From Eledone cirrhosa (taxonomy: Eukaryota), in assembly GCA_964016885.1 (NCBI GenBank), contig OZ024748.1, positions 43,090,001 through 43,154,000 of the forward strand: DNA of 64,000 nt, in the 5' to 3' direction. The translations under genes were made by a program, and so were the position numbers. The first letter of the stretch is position 1, and the number at the start of each line of letters is the position of its first letter. The notes beneath the pieces were generated by a model. That model was not told where the DNA came from and did not search any database. It saw nothing but the letters and a program-made list of their open reading frames with translations. This document shows, piece after piece, positions 55,301-64,000 of the stretch.

Positions 55301-58300
55301 ATGACCTCACTCAGAATAGGCAGCATAAATGCGCGTGGCTTGGGGTCGTCATGGAAGCAGGGTCACCTGCTCAACGACCTCAGGTCACTAAACATAGATG
55401 TAGTGGCCATCAGCGAGACCAGAATCTCCGAAGCACGGGCCTTCGCACCGATCTTCGGCGGCTACGATGTGTACGCATCTCCCAGCCGTCCTGGATCGGG
55501 GGGAGGAGTTGCTGTGCTTTTTCGGAGAGGTTTGGATCTCGCCATACGGGCCATCTTCCTGGACCCAGAGGGTAAGCTGGTGGTGCTGGACGTGACCAGC
55601 GGAGACGGGCAAGCTTTCAGGCTAGTGGCCGTCTATGCCCCGACAGGAGTAGGGCGGCCTGATTTCTTTCGGCGTCTGGAGACCTTTCTTGGAACGTCTC
55701 GCTCTTTAGTGTTAGTGGGCGACTGGAACGGGATCTTAGATGCACGCTGGGACTGTGTGGGATTAGCGGATAGGGGTGGAGGGTGCAAGAGCCTCACCAA
55801 CCTGCTCAGGCGTTTTGAACTGTCTGACAGGTACCGATTGGATTTCCCGAATGTGCCAATGTGGACTTGGACAAATCGCATAGGGTCATCCAGATCATAT
55901 CTAGATAGAGTATTTTGTAGGGAAATAGATAGGTCTAGCATAGGCTGTCCACAATTCAAGATAGTCAGCTACACGGACCACAAATTCGTGATCTGTGTGC
56001 TTGACTTAGATAGGCTTCATAGACGAGGACCCGGCTACTGGAAGCTAAACGCGTCCTTACCAGCGCGCAAGGCCTACAGAGACCGGATTAGCGAACTAGT
56101 TAAGCGGGCGTTGACGGGGGCCATCGTCAACAACAAGTGGTGGTTTGCTCTGAAAAGAGCGATTAGAATAGAATCGATTAGGTTTAGTAAGGCTTTAGCA
56201 ATAGAGAAAAATAGAGCAGAGGGAGAATTAGTTAGAAAATTAGACGAGGCGCTTAGCAAAGGCATTGCGACCGACGTGCTTGCGGCGAAATTGGCCCTTG
56301 ACCAATTCTTCAATGCAAAGCACGAAGGCTGCGTTGTCAGAGCAAGGATGCGTGCTCTCAGACACGAGGGGACGAAAGCCGTTCAATGGGCCCGAGTGGC
56401 GGAGGCGCGTCGTGGCAACAAAGCCACGATCCGGTCTTTGGTGGACCACGACGGGCGCATGCTACTCGATCCCGGGAAAATGTGTGAAGCTTTTCAGCGA
56501 CACTTCGCTCAGCTGTTCGGGGGCAGCGGTGGGCCGGGTAGAGGGATGGACTTTAGTGTCTACCTCGACGGACTGCCGCGGCTCTCGGCCACTGAGGCTA
56601 AGTGTTGCGAAAAGTCGATAACAGCCGCTGAAGTAAGGGAGGCAATGACTGGCTGCACAAGGGGTAAATCGCCTGGTTTGGATGGTCTGCCCTATGAACT
56701 TTACGTACAGATGCCAGACTTGTTCGGAGGCCTCTTGGCGGACGTCTACTGCAACTGGCAACAGAACGGGAGAATTCCTAGTTCTGTGAGCCGAGGAGCG
56801 GTGGCACTGCTGAGAAAGGATCCGAACAAGGGGGATAACATAGATAATTTCCGGCCCATAACTCTGCTAAACACAGAGTTCAAGATTTTGGCCAAGGTGC
56901 TAGCAAAGAGGTTGGCGCTTGTCGTTGGTGGTCTGGTGGGAGAGGCGCAGACATGCGCCATTCCCGACAGATCCATCCACGACAACCTCCACCTCATGCG
57001 ATACATCATAGAGAGGGTAGCTAAGGAACCTGGCACGGGTGGGTCCTTGATCAATTTAGATCAGTCGAAAGCTTTCGATAGGGTCGACCATCGTTACCTA
57101 GCGGCAGTCCTGAGGGCGGCTGGCTTTGGGCCCGTCTTCAGAGGCTGGATCGCTGCCATGCACAGCGACATCTGCTCTGTGGTGAGAGTGAACGGTCACC
57201 TGTCGGAACCGTTCAACATCATGCGCTCGGTCCGCCAAGGATGTCCCCTCTCGTCCCTCTTGTACGTATTGACTCTCGAGCCATTACTGCACAAACTGGA
57301 GACGTTGAGAGGGGGGGGGGGGTCCCGCGGGAACTAGGATGCGGAAGATCCGTGTCAGCATAGGCCGACGATGTCACCGTAGTGGTGTCGAACGCCAAAC
57401 ACATCGAGGCGATCGGCACTACACTAAGAGATTACGAAGCGGTGACAGGAGCAATGATCAACCAGGAAAAGTCAGTGGGCCTGCAGCTCGGCACCTGGAG
57501 AGGCAAGTCCATGCCGTCCAACAGCGTCGTCGGACGCTGGACAGACGGACCGGTTAAATTGCTAGGGGTCTGGTTCGGTCCGGACCTCCAGACGGACAAA
57601 AACTGGGACGAGGTGGCTTCTCTCACCCAGAAATGGGCGGAGAGGAAGCTATCCCTGAAAGGTCGAGCGGAGGTGGCTAACGCGTACATCGCGTCCGTCA
57701 TCTGCTACCGCCTGACCGTCGTACCTTGTCCTAAGCCTCGCCTGACTGCGCTGGAGCGTTTGCTCTTTCGCTTTTTGTAGAAGGGACGTGCTCCGATGGT
57801 CAGGTGGTCCATCTGTTGTCAACACCCGCTACGTGGAGGGCTGGGCATGCCGTGGCTGATGATGCGCAGGCACGCGCTCAGGCTACGACATCTCCACCTC
57901 TTCCTCGACGGTGATCAGGTGTGGTCGCCGTTTGCTAGACACGTATTTCCCCAGCTCGTTTCCTTGACGGAGCTGCAGTCCTGGGTCAAGCGAAGACCGA
58001 GAGGGAGCGCCTGGAGACTGGAATGTCTTCAGGCGCTCACAGCCCTCGACCAATCGGGCAATGTGATCGGTGGAAACTCTATAGAGGATTAGTGGAGGGG
58101 AAGAGCGACGACGTACTTGGGGAAACTCTAGGCGTCGACGAAAATCAACTAGCCAATCTCTTCGGAAGAACTTTCGGGCCAGGGCCTATGGACAACTTCC
58201 AGAAATCTCTGGCCTGGCAGTGCTACCGAGGAGCCTTGCCAGTTCGGGATAAACTCTACAGGCATGGAGGTGCCGTCAGCCGGGCATGTCCGAGATGCGC

Positions 58301-58703
58301 GCAGCGCGACGAAACCGTCCTGCACGCACTCGTCCAGTGTCCGAAAATTGCTGACTTGTGGGTTTATGTCGAACACCTGCTGTCGCGTTTAGGACGGATC
58401 CGGCTATCATCTGAGTCCATCGTGAGGATTGCCCCGCCCTCCTCCTTTAGCCGGGAAGGGCAGGCAGTTTTTATCTGTCTGGTGGCCATGGCGAAAGAGA
58501 TAGTATGGTGGACACGTTTGAAAGGGCTGAAGACGAGCACTTACCTCTTCGATGATGCTCTGATTGCCTTTTTCAAATTTCATTTGAAAAGGAAAATCAG
58601 AGTAGAGAGGGAAGTGCTCTCTTCCCAGCATTTTGTTGAAAGATGGGTGAGAGAAGCAAGAATGGCCCGAGTGAATGGGCCTACTCTGAGTATATATCTG
58701 TAA
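55301..58703 (+). pseudogene. Copy B ORF2, open to the G-run at 57311-57322 then disrupted
   Basis: Same APE/RT motifs as copy A; the YADD tyrosine codon is TAG (57361-57363); another TAG at 57778-57780; deletions near 57610 and 58080. Confidence 0.92.
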
Positions 58704-58951
58704 ATTAAAGGTGGAAAACTGGGAGAGGGCACTTGCCTTGGTGGTCAGGGTCATTGTGGCTTTTTACTGGGCTTTCTCCACAAATGTCCCTCCGAAGTCT
58801 CCCCCCTATTGGGGAATTTTTCATTGTTATTTTTTGTTACATCCTCTGTTTTTGTTTTTTACACGCAGAAATGCCCATTTGTACCGTCCTGCATTGTCCT
58901 GCACTGTCCTTAATGTCTACTTTATGTAAACCCTTGTGGTTAATAAAGAAA

Positions 58952-59014
<63 letters not shown>

Positions 59015-59481
59015 CCATACAGAAAAGAAATCCTGACACTTAAGACTAGCCATTCCGACAGAATATTTCATTAATTCTGTATTCAGGACCAAAGTATCGG
59101 TATGTCGTATTAATTCTGAAGTACACGATTAAAGGTTCTTCTAGAAAACTGGTATATAATTTGGCAGATTTGTAATCCAATAATTTTGTATATTTCCCTA
59201 TTTTTTTAAACAACCCCCACATACTTCTCATCTCTGCCTCCGCAACGAAATATTCTGTCAAACAATTTTGACGAAAACTAAAAAAACTTGGGAGGTCTTT
59301 GTAAATTAAAGTTTAATGAAGCAAAATTTGGTTAAAGAAGAGTTTCTTTATTTGCCAGAAGAGAATCGAACAATAAGAACATTACAAAGATGGAACACAA
59401 TTGGATATATAGTGTGTGTGTGTATGTATATGTGTGTGTCTATGTATATGTGTGTGTGTATATATGTGAGTATGTATGTAT

Positions 59482-59755
59482 GTGGGACTGGCTTTGTGCA
59501 GTGCCTTTGCTCACTATAAAAGCTTCACGGCACAGGCATTGCTTTATATCTGGAGATCTATCTACACTTGTCGTCACATGGTACCATGGGCCCAGCACTA
59601 TGTGTCAATAATTGCCACAAGTGTAGTGTTTGTACCAGAGTTTTCAAATCGCTGGCTGGACTGGGGGGTCACACTCGTTCAGCGCATCGGTAGGGGTTCT
59701 CCTACATGGATATAAAGTAGTGGCCGTACTCGAAAACGAATTGGCAGCCACCACC
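59482..59755 (+). repeat. ~270-bp dispersed repeat, 3' part of the element at 61830-62437
   Basis: Near-identical to 62168-62437 (tgggactggctttgtgcagtgcc...ttggcagccacca), bounded by TA/TG repeats. Confidence 0.9.
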
Positions 59756-59862
59756 ATATATAAATATATGTGTATGTAAAAGGTAAACAGAAATAACAAC
59801 ACAATCGGTACAGTATATGGAAGGGATATATTAGGTTAACGCTTTATATAGCAGGAAGAGGG

Positions 59863-59899
59863 TCTTAACGTTTTCGGACGCTAGTCCTTCACCAGAAGA
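59863..59899 (-). ncRNA. Minimal hammerhead-like fold (core variant A6>G)
   Basis: Minus strand: UCUU-CUGGUGA-a-GGAC uagc GUCC-GAAA-acg-UU-AAGA; stems I and II pair. Confidence 0.5.
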
Positions 59900-60213
59900 A
59901 AGAATGAGAAATAAGATAGATTGAGGGGACGGGCAGGTTGGAATTGGAAAAAAATGTCTTTAGATAAAAATAACAGGTCCATTCATGTTGACATCTCTTG
60001 CAAAACTGTTGGTGCTGGCGTTTTGTGTATGATTTATTTTTTTAAAAAAGTGGATGATGGAGCGCGCGTGTGTATGTGAATGGTATGGCCCTGTAAATCC
60101 TGGGGATGTCGTAAGGTTGCCATAGTGACATACACCGTTTCTAGGACATTTAAAAACCCGACAGAGCTCCATCTTCTCTTCAGGCCTGAATACAGCAGAT
60201 TTCTTCCAGAGAA

Positions 60214-60283
<70 letters not shown>

Positions 60284-60780
60284 GAAGTGAGAAAGAGATA
60301 TAGAGGAAGAACTTGACTGGTACTTTTTTATCGACCTTGAATGGATGAAAGGCAAAGTTGACCTCGGTGGTATTTGAACGTGAGTGTGTGTTTGTGTGTT
60401 TATTCAAACAATGGTATGTGTGGCTCTGTCTCTGAACTCTTCTTCCCAGTAATTAACTGAAGAGGAGGCACCAGATGTGGTACCAGATGTATACATCTGG
60501 TGCCAGTCTGACTGCAACAGATGTTGTAAAGATCTTATTAACTGACATCAATATACATTAGGGATCCTTTAATACCTCAATGTTTCATTTGAAACCCTGG
60601 TTATGCAAACACACACACAGAGCCCCCCCCCACACACACAGAGACACACACAGACAGACACACACAGACACACAGACACACACACAGACACACACACACA
60701 TATATACATGTATATGTATATGTATTTATATATATATATATAGAGAGAGAGAGATAGATATACATATAAAAATATATTTA

Positions 60781-60835
<55 letters not shown>

Positions 60836-61004
60836 TCACACACACACACACCCACATGTACATCTATCTATGTGTATATATAATTCTACTGATCCCCCAG
60901 GGGAGGTATATACTAAATCGACTGTGGTTGAGTTCCAATCTAGAACTCTAAGTTACCAAACCTGATCTGGTATAGGAAAGAATTCAGCAGGGCGTTCTAC
61001 CATG

Positions 61005-61076
61005 AACACACACACTCTCACACTCACACACACACTCTCACACTCACACACACCACCCACACACACACACACCACA

Positions 61077-61115
<39 letters not shown>

Positions 61116-61185
61116 ACACCACACTCACACTCACACTCACACACTCACTCTCACACTCTCACACTCTCACACTCTCACACTCACA

Positions 61186-61222
<37 letters not shown>

Positions 61223-61269
61223 ACACTCACACTCACACACACTCACACACACACACTCACTCTCACACT

Positions 61270-61329
<60 letters not shown>

Positions 61330-61435
61330 ACACGCACCCTCACACTCACGCACCGCACTCACACACTCACGCACCACACTCACACACATACTCACACTCA
61401 CACATACTCACACACACACACAGTCTCTCTCTCTC
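61005..61435. repeat. (CA)n/(CT)n compound microsatellite
   Basis: Directly visible. Confidence 0.96.
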
Positions 61436-61829
61436 ATTGGATTGGCAGTATCGGTAGAGGGTCGGACGCCATGCTTTGACGCATAGAGTTACGGCCCTTG
61501 CCATTCTGAGTTCAAATCCTGCCGAGGTTAACTTTGCCTTTCATCCTAACGGGGGTCGATAAAATAAAATACCAGTAATGTACTGGGTAATTGCTGGCCT
61601 TGTGCCAAAAGTAGAAACAATTATATTCAATTCCTATCTGACGACTCTCCGGTTTCTCGCTACAACCATCGTTAGGCGAGGACGATTGTAATGAGGTGAA
61701 AATTAAGTCACGAGATACAATATATACACCGTAAGAAGTATTGAGTACTCTTTTTCATTCCTCGTTTGAATATACTGTATGTGTGTGAATATATATATAT
61801 CTATGTATGTATGTATATATATATATTAT

Positions 61830-62435
61830 GTCAGGTCACCAGTTGGTGCTACTGGTAAGATGTATCCCAGTACAACCTGTCCCATGGTCGGGTCGTTGGC
61901 GACTAAACTGGCAACCCCAGCAAGGTTTCTTGGTGAGGAGGGTGACTTTGGACATCCTGCAGGACTAAAAACAAAACCTGTCAAAGGGCAAAGGAGCTCT
62001 TAAGAGTCAATGGCCATCCAAAATCACTGGGAGAGATGACCCCTTAGCCTTTGTCAAGGCAGAATTCTAGGAGAAGGAAAACTCTGATATAACACCTGCA
62101 ACCCTGAGGGTATCCAATGATGTTGACTTGTTCTTCTTTTTGGTATATATCATCTTGGTTAAGAGAGTGGGACTGGCTTTGTGCAGTGCCTTTGCTCACT
62201 ATAAAAGCTTCACGGCACAGGCATTGCTTTATATCTGGAGATCTCTCTGCACTTGTCGTCACATGGTACCATGGGCCCAGCACTATGTGTCAATAATTGT
62301 CACAAGTGTAGTGTTTGTACCAGAGTTTTCAAGTCGCTGGCTGGACTAAAAAGTCACACTCGTTCAGCGCATCGGTAGGAGTTCTCCTACATGGATATAA
62401 AGTAGTGGCCGTACTCAAAAACGAGTTGGCAGCCA

Positions 62436-62437
<2 letters not shown>
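61830..62437 (+). mobile_element. Non-coding dispersed element, possibly derived from an RTE 5' region
   Basis: Partial second copy at 59482; ctaggagaaggaaaactctgat resembles RTE-family 5'UTR sequence (recalled, unverified); ends in (TA)n. Confidence 0.45.
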
Positions 62438-62503
<66 letters not shown>

Positions 62504-62769
62504 GGAAAAAATGAAACGAAATTTCATTTCTTACTCTTAGTACGGCTGTTACTTAAATATAAGTATGTATACGTACATACATATATGTGTACAGACGTAC
62601 AGTAGTATGTATATATATATATACATACATGCACACACATATATATATATGTACGTATGGATTCACCGAACATTCATGATAATGCTCGGTGTGTTTGTAA
62701 ACAAACATCCCGAATTAAGCCGTACAGTGTCTAGCAACAAATCGTTGCTCATTTGTTCAACACTGACAA

Positions 62770-63342
62770 AGGAATGCTGTATTAGTTTCAAGCTTATTAG
62801 CTATCGTCAGCAACGTATACCTTCCTGCCAGATGATTGATACATACCTCTTTGAAAGACGCTAACATCTCTGCTGATACATGGGAAAATATTGCTGCTGA
62901 TCGTAATAAATGGAGAAAGACTGTATAAGAGGGAAAAGTTGCCTTTGAGGCATCTCGAATCGCATACGAGAAAGTAAAGCGGGATGTGAGGAAGGGCATT
63001 GCTGTTGCACTTCCAGACGGCGAGGGTCCTCCTATGGTGCTGACATGCAGCGTCTGTGCGAGACTCTGCCTAAGCAAAGCTGGACTCGAAAGTCATCTTC
63101 GCAGTCATAAAGTAAGACCAGTGGTTGACTACCAGGCTGCTGTTGGAGATGCTACTCATCATGCTTGCCAAACATGTGGTAGAGAATGTAAATCAGCAGG
63201 AGGGCTCAAGCGACATGCAAAAGTACATGAACTCCAACCACAGCCGGCTATTCCCAGTAAATGTTTTGGTTGCCGACTCTGTGCAAGACATTTTAGATCA
63301 TTGGCTGGGCTAAAAAGCCACATTCGATCGCAGCGCTGTTAG
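62770..63342 (+). mobile_element. RTE-clade LINE ORF C-terminal fragment with three C2H2-type zinc fingers
   Basis: SLKDANISADTWENIAADRNKWRKTV*EG is the RTE C-terminal W..A.DR..WR motif, followed by CSVCARLCLSKAGLESHLRSH, CQTCGRECKSAGGLKRHAKVH and CRLCARHFRSLAGLKSHIRSQ. Confidence 0.75.
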
Positions 63343-63406
63343 TTGCTATCGTGTGTGTGTGTGTGGGGGGGGGGGGGGGTATATATATGTATATTATTAT
63401 TATTAT

Positions 63407-64000
63407 AAACTCTAGGCGTCGACGAAAATCAACTAGACAATCTCTTCGGAAGGACTTTCTGGCCGGGGCCTATGGACAACTTCCAGAAATCCCTGGCCCG
63501 GCAGTGCTACCGAGGAGCTTTGCCAGTTCGGGATAAACTCTACAGGCATGGAGGTGCCGTCAGCCGGGCATGTCCGAGATGCGCACAGGGCGACGAAACC
63601 GTCCTGCACGCACTCGTCCAGTGTCCGAGCATTGCTGACTTGTGGGTTTATGTCGAACACCTGCTGTCACGTGTAAGACGGATCCACCTATCAGCTGAGT
63701 CCATCGTGAGGATTGCCCCGCCCTCTTCCTTTAGCCGGGAAGGGCAGGCAGTTTTTATCTGTCTGGTGGCCATGGCGAAAGAGATAGTATGTTGGACACG
63801 TTTGAAAGGGCTGAAGACGAGCACTTACCTCTTCGGTGATGCCCTGATTAACTTTTTCAAATTTCATCTGAAAAGGAAAATCAGGGTAGAGAGGGAAGTG
63901 CTCTCTTCCCAGCATTTTGTTGAAAGATGGGTGAGAGAAGCAAGTATGGCCCGAATGAATGGGCCTTCTCTGAGTATGTGTATGTAAATTAAAGGTGGAA
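63407..64000 (+). mobile_element. 5'-truncated copy C of the L1/Tx1-type element (runs off the window)
   Basis: Near-identical to ~58123-58715; starts immediately after (ATT)n at 63393-63406. Confidence 0.93.

Larger units (their letters stand above)
52954..59010 (+). mobile_element. Full-length L1/Tx1-type non-LTR retrotransposon, copy B (ORF1 intact, ORF2 disabled)
   Basis: Same ORF2 and 3'UTR as copy A; (ATT)n at 52936-52953 and 58954-59010. Confidence 0.94.

Noticed and set aside
47268-58754. Many minus-strand and alternate-frame ORFs inside the LINE copies
   Set aside because: Shadow ORFs of GC-rich coding sequence, repeated only because the copies are near-identical.
60455-60545. CTGAAGA followed by a ggcaccagatgt/acatctggtgcc hairpin
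   Set aside because: No GAAA or closing stems for a hammerhead; left as an unexplained small hairpin.

Overview
Eukaryotic, AT-rich, repeat-dominated animal DNA; the repeat landscape looks cephalopod/Octopus-like, but that is an inference. Host genes: the last two coding exons of a CLASP (CLIP-associating protein) gene (958-1074, 2849-2941, + strand, missed by the ORF track) and the first coding exon of a secreted NtA/TIMP-fold protein (40389-40908, +). Between them lie (TA)n tracts, a decayed hAT transposase running directly into a ~19 kb 43-bp satellite with higher-order structure, a 2.8 kb ~40-bp minisatellite and a cluster of fold-back elements. Downstream, probably intronic, is a nested stack of retroelements all joined at (ATT)n tracts: two full-length but disabled L1/Tx1-type LINEs with near-identical ORF2 but strongly diverged 5'UTR/ORF1, an R4/Dong-like endonuclease fragment and a SINE; a third LINE fragment lies at the window end. 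Best candidates for follow-up: (1) ORF1 module swapping in an (ATT)n-associated LINE family, (2) a possible 52-53 nt intron that would fuse ORF1 and ORF2 in frame in both copies, (3) several minimal type I hammerhead ribozyme folds in fold-back, Penelope-like repeats, (4) a tandem repeat of the U1 snRNA 5'-end sequence just downstream of a splice donor. Most long ORFs in the supplied track are translations of simple repeats. All family assignments come from manual reading, not database searches.
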